Shown here: positions 27,727 to 35,922 of the stretch, piece after piece | Layout of the letters: each line of letters starts with the position of its first letter | Position numbering within the stretch: position 1 is the first letter of the stretch | NCBI GenBank assembly: GCA_913064685.1 | Contig: CAJYAE010000012.1 | Coordinates: 943-64,942, forward strand | Source: an uncultured Gammaproteobacteria bacterium | GTDB lineage: Bacteria; Pseudomonadota; Gammaproteobacteria; Pseudomonadales; Azotimanducaceae | Length of the DNA: 64,000 bases | Reading direction: 5' to 3' | Notes under the pieces: model-generated | What the model saw: the letters and a program-made list of their open reading frames with translations, nothing else | What the model was told of the DNA's origin: nothing | Databases searched by the model: none | Position numbers and translations under genes: made by a program

Positions 27727-28803
27727 ATGAAGATACTTAGAACCCCTGATGCCTGCTTTGAAGGTTTGGCCGATTACCCCTTCAAACCCCACTACACCAC
27801 GATTAAAACCGAGGACGGCAGCGATCTGCGCATTCATCATCTAGATGAGGGTGCGGCTGACGCGCCCATTGTACTGTGTATGCATGGCCAGCCCGTCTGG
27901 AGTTACCTGTATCGAAAAATGATTCCACTGCTGGTGGCCGACGGCTTTCGTGTCATCGCACCCGATCTTGTGGGTTACGGCAAGTCAGACAAACCCGCGG
28001 CGCGAGAAGATTACAGCTACAACCGGCAGGTTGATTGGATGAATGCCTGGCTGCGCAGCAACGACTTCACTGGCATGACATTCTTTGGCCAAGATTGGGG
28101 AGGGCTTATCGGATTGCGCATGATCGCCGACAACGACGACCGCTTTGACCGCGTTGTGATTTCCAATACTGGCCTGCCCTATCAACCAGATACACCAGAC
28201 GATGTAGTAGCCGAAGTTGAGGACTTCCGCGCCAACAAACCCACGCCTACCTTGCCACAGATGATGAAAGCCATTCGGCGCGGCGCTCGTGCGCAAGCGA
28301 TCTCATTCGCCTATTGGCAAAAATTTTGTTGGGAAACGGAAGATCTGCCCACCGGTTTCTTAATGTCCATGATGATGGAACAACGCAGCAAACCGGTCAC
28401 CGGCATCGATTTTTTGTTCTATCAAATAGGCCTACGCAAGCTGTCTCCGGTACGCACCACGTTAGCCAAGGCTTACGATGCGCCGTTTCCAGACAACAGT
28501 TATAAAATGGGTACTCGCGCCATGCCGAGCGAAGTGCCAACCATGAAAACAAGCCCATCACTAGAGGCCCAGGCCAAGGCCTGGGCCTTCTTCTCAGAAT
28601 ACACAAAACCATTCTTATGTGCGTTTGCAGACGACGACCCGGTGACAGGCGGTGGCGACCAACCCTTTCTTGAGAAAGTCCCTGGAACCAAGGGACAAGC
28701 CCACACCACAATTACGGACGGTGGCCACTTTGTGCAAGAGGGTAATCCGCAACAGTTATGTCAGGTCATCGGCGACTTTATTCGAGCGAACCCAACCAAC
28801 TAA
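27727..28803 (+). CDS. Haloalkane dehalogenase (HLD-I, DhlA-like) with an extended cap
   Basis: LCMHGQPVWSYLYR, FGQDWGG (nucleophile Asp), AYDAPFPDNSYKMGTR, FADDDPV and DGGHFVQE (His). 358 aa. Confidence 0.8.
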   Translation: MKILRTPDACFEGLADYPFKPHYTTIKTEDGSDLRIHHLDEGAADAPIVLCMHGQPVWSYLYRKMIPLLVADGFRVIAPDLVGYGKSDKPAAREDYSYNRQVDWMNAWLRSNDFTGMTFFGQDWGGLIGLRMIADNDDRFDRVVISNTGLPYQPDTPDDVVAEVEDFRANKPTPTLPQMMKAIRRGARAQAISFAYWQKFCWETEDLPTGFLMSMMMEQRSKPVTGIDFLFYQIGLRKLSPVRTTLAKAYDAPFPDNSYKMGTRAMPSEVPTMKTSPSLEAQAKAWAFFSEYTKPFLCAFADDDPVTGGGDQPFLEKVPGTKGQAHTTITDGGHFVQEGNPQQLCQVIGDFIRANPTN

Positions 28804-28887
28804 CAACGTATCGCAGCCTAATTGCGAGGGCCGCTAGAAATGCCTAAATTAGCTGCCTCTTTAAACATTCTGTGTAGGGGGTTTTAG

Positions 28888-29214
28888 ATGACTACGTTAT
28901 ATATGGTACGCAGCAACCCCGTCGACGGCAAAGAGGCCGAGTTCAATCGTTGGTATAGCGACGTGCATTTGGCCGAGGTGCTGCAAATAGAGGGTTTCCA
29001 AACCGCACAGCGCTTTCGTATGCACCCGCGCCAAGTCCAATCGCACTCTACTCATACCTACCTAGCGATTTACCATATCGACAGCAGCGATGTAGACGGC
29101 ACCCTGGAAAACCTGAAAAAAGCCACTTGGATGAATCTTAGCGATGCCATTGATCTCACCACCTTGGATGTGGGCATTTACGAGTCGATGGATGACGTGC
29201 AGTTAGAGACTTGA
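28888..29214 (+). CDS. Small alpha+beta (EthD/DUF4286-like) protein, function unknown
   Basis: 108 aa with FNRWYSDVHLAEVL. The family assignment is tentative. Confidence 0.5.
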   Translation: MTTLYMVRSNPVDGKEAEFNRWYSDVHLAEVLQIEGFQTAQRFRMHPRQVQSHSTHTYLAIYHIDSSDVDGTLENLKKATWMNLSDAIDLTTLDVGIYESMDDVQLET

Positions 29215-29260
29215 GCGTTAGATTGCTCGAATATGCGCCAAATTGGCAACGCGAGTCTGC

Positions 29261-29713
29261 CTAGAAACTTTGCACCAGTTCAAGGAACGTACCGTCAGGA
29301 TCTTTAAAGCAAAAAAAGCTGCTGCCATGAGATTCACTGGACATCACTGTTGCTGGCTCGGACAAGACCTCAACACCTTGAGCAAGCAAAAACGCGTAAT
29401 CTGCATTTAGGTCGCTACTGCGCAGCGCCAGCCGCGCCAACCCTGGCCGATGCAAATTGGGATAAGGGTCTGAGTCATCCCTTGGCTGTTGCCATTCCAA
29501 GAGATCAATCAACATGGGCGGCTCGGCATCTTGCAACGCCATAATGGCGCCATTGACCCGATAGTCCTGCATACCAACGGCTGTATTAACCTCAGCATTA
29601 TTGGTGGCCGGCACCTTCCAAACTTCTACAAAACCGAGCATTTCGTAAAACGCCTTTGAGCGCACGTAATCGCGACAGTTAATATTGATATGCACCATTC
29701 CGGTAATATTCAT
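29261..29713 (-). CDS. VOC (glyoxalase-fold) protein
   Basis: MVHININCRDYVRSKAFYEMLGF and FKDPDGTFLELV. Confidence 0.75.
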   Translation of the reverse strand: MNITGMVHININCRDYVRSKAFYEMLGFVEVWKVPATNNAEVNTAVGMQDYRVNGAIMALQDAEPPMLIDLLEWQQPRDDSDPYPNLHRPGLARLALRSSDLNADYAFLLAQGVEVLSEPATVMSSESHGSSFFCFKDPDGTFLELVQSF

Positions 29714-29734
29714 ACGGCTCCCTCGGTCAACGGA

Positions 29735-30487
29735 TCAAATAACCGTATCCGCATTGTCTATTACCATTTCGCTGCCGTTCACATGCTTTGACTCATCACC
29801 CAGCAAGTAAACGACCATATGCGCTACATCCTGCGGCTCGCCAATACCCATGGCTTTGCGCTTTTTCTCGGCCTTGTCGTCTAAATCGATATTCATCAAT
29901 TGCTTTACCGCGTTCTGCACCATCGGTGTGTTGATGCTGCCCGGATGCACCGAGTTGCATCGAATACGCAGTTTCTCGCGGCGGCAATGCACCGCTATGG
30001 CCTTGGTCATCGAACGAATACCGCCTTTGGCTGCGGAATAGGCGAGGTAATCCGGAATGCCCACCAAGGCCGCGGTAGAAGACATATTCACAATGGAGCC
30101 GCCGCCCGATTCTTTCATTAATTTAATTGCCGCCTGACACCCAAAGAAAGTGCCGTCCAAATGAATCGCCAACGTTTTCCGCCACATGGCTGTCGTGGTG
30201 GCTTCAATATCTGCGATGGGCGCAATACCCGCGTTATTTACCAGACCATCAAGACGCCCATGCTCGGCTTTGACGGCGGCGATCACGTCGCCCCATCGGT
30301 TTTCATCGGCAACATCTTGCGCCAAAAAGGTAGCACCCAGTTGCGACGCCAACTCAGCACCTCGCACTTCGTCAATGTCGGTCATCACCACTCGGGCGCC
30401 CCGCTCAAGCAGAAGCTCAGCATCGGCGAGGCCGAGGCCAGAGGCGGCGCCAGTTACTAACACAACTTTGTCGTTGACACCGGTCAT
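29735..30487 (-). CDS. Short-chain dehydrogenase/reductase
   Basis: VVLVTGAASGLG, NNAG and YSAAKGG. Start at ATG 30487 rather than the track's 30547. Confidence 0.85.
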   Translation of the reverse strand: MTGVNDKVVLVTGAASGLGLADAELLLERGARVVMTDIDEVRGAELASQLGATFLAQDVADENRWGDVIAAVKAEHGRLDGLVNNAGIAPIADIEATTTAMWRKTLAIHLDGTFFGCQAAIKLMKESGGGSIVNMSSTAALVGIPDYLAYSAAKGGIRSMTKAIAVHCRREKLRIRCNSVHPGSINTPMVQNAVKQLMNIDLDDKAEKKRKAMGIGEPQDVAHMVVYLLGDESKHVNGSEMVIDNADTVI

Positions 30488-30518
30488 TGCGCAATCGCCA
30501 CCACAGAACCGCAACCCG

Positions 30519-31211
30519 CTAGCTTTGCACCTGAACGGGTGGCTCACTCGGAACAGAATGCAACATCGCCTCGTCTGGAATTTGCATCACGCGTTCATAG
30601 ACCCCATCCGGATAATTACTCATATGCGGGCCTGGGGCTTCAACAACATTCGGCTGCGGTACCATGCCGCCCTCATCTTTGTACGACAGTGGCTGTTTGT
30701 AACGTTGCAATTCAGCTGCAGAAATACCCGCCAGCGCCACTACTTCGGGATCTATCCAAGCGTCTTGGTTAATCGGCTCAAGCGAATAACTGAGTTCTAA
30801 CGCCAAATTTTCGGGTCCAGCAAAATAGATAGAGCAGCACATGCCGTGTTCCAGCGGCCCCATCACTGGCACGCCTTTAGAGCGCAATCGATCTCGCATC
30901 GACATCAGTTCGGCATGATCACTGACCTTTAATGCCAAATGTTGCATCGCACCGCCGGCGCAATTAGCACCAGGGTTGCCCGCATGAGACTCACCAAGCA
31001 CCCGCGGTATGTTCTGAATCTCTGGGTTACAAACAAAAGCAATGGAGCTTTCATCATTCAACCGCAGAAACCCGTGCCAAGTGTTTTCAACACCGTGCAT
31101 CCAATACAGTGCCTGCAGTTCCATACCTAATTTATCGGTGAAGAACTCGATTTGATCCTTCATATTAGCTGTACAGATCGCCAAGTGATGTAACCCTGCG
31201 ACTTTGTTCAT
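30519..31211 (-). CDS. VOC-fold protein (extradiol-dioxygenase-like) with a C-terminal extension
   Basis: LHHLAICTANMKDQIEFFTDKLGM, MQHLALKV and YFAGPENLALEL, then a tail of about 80 aa. Confidence 0.7.
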   Translation of the reverse strand: MNKVAGLHHLAICTANMKDQIEFFTDKLGMELQALYWMHGVENTWHGFLRLNDESSIAFVCNPEIQNIPRVLGESHAGNPGANCAGGAMQHLALKVSDHAELMSMRDRLRSKGVPVMGPLEHGMCCSIYFAGPENLALELSYSLEPINQDAWIDPEVVALAGISAAELQRYKQPLSYKDEGGMVPQPNVVEAPGPHMSNYPDGVYERVMQIPDEAMLHSVPSEPPVQVQS

Positions 31212-31273
31212 AAACTCCTCCGTAAACCATTGATGCTAAGCTGCGACAAGATGCCGCAGAATGCAAATCGCCC

Positions 31274-32455
31274 TCAGTCGTCTCGCACTGCGGTTAAAGG
31301 GTCATAGCTAAATAATGCGTCCATAGAATTACGCCGAGCTAGCCCCGCCGCACGATTCCGTAACCACGCAGAGATACCGCTTAAGTGAAATACTCGAGCA
31401 TTGCGGCGCGATCCAAGTTGAATACCTGCAGTACGCTGCCGCCGTAAATCTTCATAACGCCGCACAGCCCTAGCAACGCTTTGATCCTGACTCAGACAAG
31501 CAGCAAGCACCGCGGCGTCCTCTATCGCCATGGCCGCGCCTTGTGCCATAAATGGCAGCGTTGGATGGCAGGCATCACCTAACAAGGTGATGCAGCCCTT
31601 GCCCCACTGCGGCATGGGTGGCCGATCAAATAACGCCCATTTATACAGTTCAGCAGGATCTGCTTTATCTATCAGTGTCAGCACAGACGGATGCCAGCCC
31701 GCAAAATCCTGCCGTAGCTCGGAAAGTTCACCGACTTCAGTCCAAGACTCGACTTGCCAGCCGGCCTTCTCAACCACACAGACGCAGTTCACATAGTCGC
31801 CCCCACGAACGTAATAATGAACGAAGTGCTTCCCCGGCCCCCACCAAACAGTCGACATAGGTCGCACCATACCCTGGGGCAGTTTTGCAGTTGGCACCAA
31901 CATGCGCCAAGCAATATTGCCGGTAAATGTGGCTGCCTGTTCGCCCCATAGACTTTGCCGAACTTGGGAATGAATGCCATCGGCGCCAACAAGTCCGGCA
32001 GCCAATTCTGAACGGCCATCCACCTGCACTTGCACAGACCCATCGTCCAGCTGGATAAAATCAGAAACCGCGGACCCGGTGCGCAATTCAATAGATGGAT
32101 GCTTCTGCGCGGCGTCCAATAGCACCTCTAATAAGTCTCCACGATGCATGTGGTAATAAGGCGCCCCATAACGCTCGGCGATTTCAGCACCCAGCGTCGA
32201 TTCGGTGATCACCCGACCTGTACGCCAATGTCGAAATTGCGTGCCCTCAGGCAAAAATGCTTGAGCTTGAAGTGCTTGTGCAAGGCCCAGCTCATGAAGC
32301 ACACGCGAACAATTCGGCGATAACTGAATGCCGGCCCCAGCTGTTGTAAACGTCCGAGCTTGCTCCAGCACCAATACCGACCAGTCATATTTGGCGAGGC
32401 ACAACGCTGTGGTCAATCCGCCAATACCACCACCGGCGATAATCACTCGTCGCAT
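31274..32455 (-). CDS. FAD-dependent aromatic-ring hydroxylase (salicylate / 3-hydroxybenzoate hydroxylase family)
   Basis: VIIAGGGIGGLTTAL, GADGIHS and LLGDACHPTLPFMAQGAAMAIEDA. ATG at 32455. Confidence 0.85.
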   Translation of the reverse strand: MRRVIIAGGGIGGLTTALCLAKYDWSVLVLEQARTFTTAGAGIQLSPNCSRVLHELGLAQALQAQAFLPEGTQFRHWRTGRVITESTLGAEIAERYGAPYYHMHRGDLLEVLLDAAQKHPSIELRTGSAVSDFIQLDDGSVQVQVDGRSELAAGLVGADGIHSQVRQSLWGEQAATFTGNIAWRMLVPTAKLPQGMVRPMSTVWWGPGKHFVHYYVRGGDYVNCVCVVEKAGWQVESWTEVGELSELRQDFAGWHPSVLTLIDKADPAELYKWALFDRPPMPQWGKGCITLLGDACHPTLPFMAQGAAMAIEDAAVLAACLSQDQSVARAVRRYEDLRRQRTAGIQLGSRRNARVFHLSGISAWLRNRAAGLARRNSMDALFSYDPLTAVRDD

Positions 32456-32611
32456 GAACTTTTTCCGTATGACCCGACATTCAAGTGTACGCCAATGCGA
32501 CATTGCTCGGGCGACCGATCAGGTGCTTTCTCTCGCAAGGAGAGCGCCGACGAATTAACATTATTAGGCAATAGTGGCATTTTTTTGAATGGCATCTTCG
32601 AGGGGACAACT

Positions 32612-32797
32612 GTGGCCGATCTCAACGATTTCAGAATGAAGACACGCGTCTGGTTGCAAGAGCATTGTCCTGAGGGCATGCGCTCCCCTATGTCAGATTA
32701 CGAACGCGTAGAGGGCGGCGACAAGCGCCGCAGCAGCAACCCCGACTCTTATATCTGGCTAGAACGCATGATGCAAAAAAGGCTCGTCCCTAGCTGA
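32612..32797 (+). pseudogene. Acyl-CoA dehydrogenase, N-terminal 61-codon remnant
   Basis: A GAGGGG SD precedes GTG 32612. The ORF reads VADLNDFRMKTRVWLQEHCPEGMRSPM...YIWLERMMQK, then runs into a stop. This resembles the N-termini of long-chain ACADs, and no catalytic domain follows. Confidence 0.55.
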
Positions 32798-32927
32798 CAG
32801 CGGCCCCGAACTCGGCGAACACACGACAGAGGTACTCGAGCAAATACTAGGGTACGATCCCACAACGATAAAACAATTGTGCGACAGCGGCGCGGCATAT
32901 AAGTACGCTTCGCCGACCCCAGGCTAA
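32790..32927 (+). pseudogene. CaiB/BaiF CoA-transferase, C-terminal remnant of about 45 codons
   Basis: In a different frame from the ACAD remnant it reads LADSGPELGEHTTEVLEQILGYDPTTIKQLCDSGAAYK...*. This is the characteristic P-x-LGEHT C-terminal tail of family III CoA-transferases, with no upstream body. Confidence 0.55.
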
Positions 32928-32952
32928 CTCTCTAACGGCAAGCAGGCTTTCT

Positions 32953-34206
32953 ATGAACACCAACGTCCTACCCAATATGATCGATCGCAACCCGGTCACC
33001 ATGCCTCTTGAAGAAATTGATATCAGTTATATCGACTTATGGAAGAAAGACGCCAAGTGGCCTTTTTTCAAACGTCTGCGAGACGATGCTCCTGTGCACT
33101 ATTGTCGAAATAGCGAATACGGTGCGTTTTGGTCGATAACACGCTTCGAAGACATCATGGAAGTAGAAAAGAACTGGGAGGTCTTTTCATCTTACCCACG
33201 GATCTCGATCGGCGACCCGGTAGAAGGCAGCACGTTTTCCACCCCAACGTTTATCGCTATGGACCCACCAACCCACGACGAGCAACGTAAAACAGTGCAG
33301 GGCGTGGTAGCGCCACAAAACCTCAAACAACTCGAGGCGACCATTCGCAGCCGCGCAGCACAGATCCTCGATGATCTGCCATTGGGCGAGACCTTCAATT
33401 GGGTAGATCGAGTGTCTGTCGAATTGACCACCCAAATGCTAGCAACATTGTTTGATTTTCCCTTCGAAGACCGCAGTAAGCTAACCCGTTGGTCCGACAT
33501 TGTTTTTGCACGCCTAGGTGAAGGCATTATTGATAGCCATGAGCAGCGCCAAGAAGAGCTTATGGAATGCCTCGCTTACTTCACCCGTTTGTGGAAAGAG
33601 CGGGAGAACAATCCGGTGGGCAATGACTTTATTTCAATGATGATTCGCGGCGACGCGACACGAAATCTTTCGCCCCAAGAATACCTCGGTAATATTCTGC
33701 TGCTCATTGTCGGCGGCAATGACACGACACGAAATTCGATATCTGGCGGCGTTCTAGCACTAAATCAGCACCCAGAAGAGTATCAAAAACTCCGCGACAA
33801 CCCTGACGTAATTCCCAACATGGTGTCAGAGATTATTCGCTGGGTTACGCCCCTGGCGCATATGCGTCGAACAGTAACGAAGGACTATGAGTTTAAAGGC
33901 CAACAAATGAAGGCCGGTGATAAGGTCATTATGTGGTACGCATCGGGCAACCGCGACGAGCGCAGCATTAAAGACCCTGAGCGCTTTTTCGTCGATCGCG
34001 AAAGGGCTCGCAACCATATTTCCTTTGGCTTTGGCCTGCACCGCTGCATGGGTAACCGGATGGCCGAGATGCAACTGCGGGTTCTGTGGGAAGAAATTCA
34101 ACAGCGCTTCGATCGCATCGAGGTTATGGGCCCAGAAGTACGTACGCCCTCATGCTTTGTGCACGGTTATATCGACCTCCCCGTGCGTCTGCACGCCAAG
34201 ACATAA
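32953..34206 (+). CDS. Cytochrome P450, CYP153-like (alkane / terminal hydroxylase family)
   Basis: LLLIVGGNDTTRNS (I-helix signature of CYP153), FGFGLHRCMGNRMAEMQLRVLWEE (Cys heme ligand) and the N-terminal PFFKRLRDDAPVHYC. Confidence 0.85.
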   Translation: MNTNVLPNMIDRNPVTMPLEEIDISYIDLWKKDAKWPFFKRLRDDAPVHYCRNSEYGAFWSITRFEDIMEVEKNWEVFSSYPRISIGDPVEGSTFSTPTFIAMDPPTHDEQRKTVQGVVAPQNLKQLEATIRSRAAQILDDLPLGETFNWVDRVSVELTTQMLATLFDFPFEDRSKLTRWSDIVFARLGEGIIDSHEQRQEELMECLAYFTRLWKERENNPVGNDFISMMIRGDATRNLSPQEYLGNILLLIVGGNDTTRNSISGGVLALNQHPEEYQKLRDNPDVIPNMVSEIIRWVTPLAHMRRTVTKDYEFKGQQMKAGDKVIMWYASGNRDERSIKDPERFFVDRERARNHISFGFGLHRCMGNRMAEMQLRVLWEEIQQRFDRIEVMGPEVRTPSCFVHGYIDLPVRLHAKT

Positions 34207-34210
34207 CTTT

Positions 34211-35188
34211 TTAAAACGGCTCCGGCTCACCAAACATCGGCCCCTTCATAATCGCACTGGGGGCCATGCCGGGGCGGCGCTTCCATGCGTCACTATTATC
34301 CAACGTCAGTGCCTGCATGTTGTCGTGCCGTTCACGCATGATGTCTAAGCCGTCAAAGGGCAAATCATGATCCACATAGGGTCGAACATTGTCTGTAATC
34401 ATATAAAAATTGCCCGCTTTGATGTGCTCGAAAACCTGAGCCGCATGCCGCTCCGGAGTCATGGCAAGCCGAAAGCCTCCAGCACCCAAGGCCTCTAAAT
34501 CATCCTGCGAGGATTCGCCATCGCGCACGCGCTGATTAACCACACTGGTTTTATCGAGCGCCGAAGCGACGATGCACGGACACAGCACGTGCACCCGAAT
34601 CTGTGGCGACTTTCGCGCCAGCTCAAAAGACAGCGCCTCACACGTGGCCACCACCGCATGCTTGCTGGCTTGATAAGACGCGCCGCCATTATCGCCGCGC
34701 ACCAGCCCACCAACGGAAGCCGTAGCCGAAAAAATAGACTCAGAGTTCTGCGCCTGTAACAGTGGGATGAAGGCATGCATCGTATTCACTACACCCATGA
34801 CATTCACCCGCAGTGTTGTCTCCCACTCTTGCACCGTGCTTTTCATAATTGTGCGGGAAAAAATAACACCGGCATTAGCGAATACAGCGCCGATATTTCT
34901 ATTGGGCAACAAGTCACAAATTCGAGCAGCCGCGTCGGCCAAATGCTCCGGCTCAGTAACATCACAGGCTATGCCATGACATTGCACCTGCGGATACAGT
35001 TCGCGCAATCGCTGCTCTGCTTCGCGGACCAGCTTTTCATGCAAATCAAGTACGATCACATGCATCCCCAATTCGCCAGCTGCATAACAGCACAGGCCCC
35101 AACCAATACCGTGATTACCCGCTCCAGTAACCACTGCTACCCGATCACGCAACTGCGTCAGATCCATAGGACCTTGCTGCTTGCTCAT
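34211..35188 (-). CDS. Short-chain dehydrogenase/reductase, extended type
   Basis: VAVVTGAGNHGIGWG, ANAG and YQASKHA. 325 aa. Confidence 0.8.
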   Translation of the reverse strand: MSKQQGPMDLTQLRDRVAVVTGAGNHGIGWGLCCYAAGELGMHVIVLDLHEKLVREAEQRLRELYPQVQCHGIACDVTEPEHLADAAARICDLLPNRNIGAVFANAGVIFSRTIMKSTVQEWETTLRVNVMGVVNTMHAFIPLLQAQNSESIFSATASVGGLVRGDNGGASYQASKHAVVATCEALSFELARKSPQIRVHVLCPCIVASALDKTSVVNQRVRDGESSQDDLEALGAGGFRLAMTPERHAAQVFEHIKAGNFYMITDNVRPYVDHDLPFDGLDIMRERHDNMQALTLDNSDAWKRRPGMAPSAIMKGPMFGEPEPF

Positions 35189-35461
35189 TTCGCCCCCTTT
35201 TAACCCGTTTTAATTGCGCCGCTTATAACAATGTTAATGACGACACACGACGCCTGTAATACTAACGCGAAACTCACAGATCACCGCGCATGTGCGTGAT
35301 TGCCATCGATTCTAAAGTTTGTCCGACAACTGCCGCATATTTTCCGGCAAAGCTGCAATTTTTTGCAGGCCGGTGCAGCATTAGCGCCGCGGTGCTCCAC
35401 AAAATCTCGAACAGGCTTGCTGGTAACTCCGCCCAGCGGCAGACGGGCGGAGCCTAGACAA

Positions 35462-35869
35462 AGACAGCTCGACAGCAATGCACGCCTTTTCGAAAATGAT
35501 CGTCAGGGGCAAAGACAAAAACGTGACGCTATTCTTCATGCGGCTTATCGCCAATTCAGTCACTACAGTTTTCGTAAAACATCCATGGAAGACATTGCCC
35601 AGGCTGCGGGCATCTCTCGCGCCTTAATCTGTTCGGATTGTTAAAACAAAGACGACATCTTTCGTAACGTCTCTATCCAACTGCATGATCAGGCAGAGCG
35701 AATGGCCCTAACGCGTTTAGCAAGTACCGACAAACACATCGCTGCACGAATCGAAGGGGCCCTAATTGCCCGGCATGGTCTATTCCAAAAAATTGGCCTT
35801 CGGTACTGGGGCACTAGGAGAGGCCATCAAATCTTGTGGCAACTGCGCGAACGCGCCAAGAAACGCTAA
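35462..35869 (+). pseudogene. TetR-family regulator interrupted by an in-frame TAA (35642-35644)
   Basis: The HTH reads KRDAILHAAYRQFSHYSFRKTSMEDIAQAAGISRALICSDC*NKDDIFRNV. The stop sits where TetR proteins normally have Lys (...FKNKDD...). There is no nearby in-frame start, the C-terminal region is short, and the end overlaps the next gene's leader. Confidence 0.5.
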
Positions 35870-35922
35870 ACCGCGGCCGCAGTTCTGCTGTGGCATACTC
35901 CCAGCGGGCGAGGGAGGAAGTC

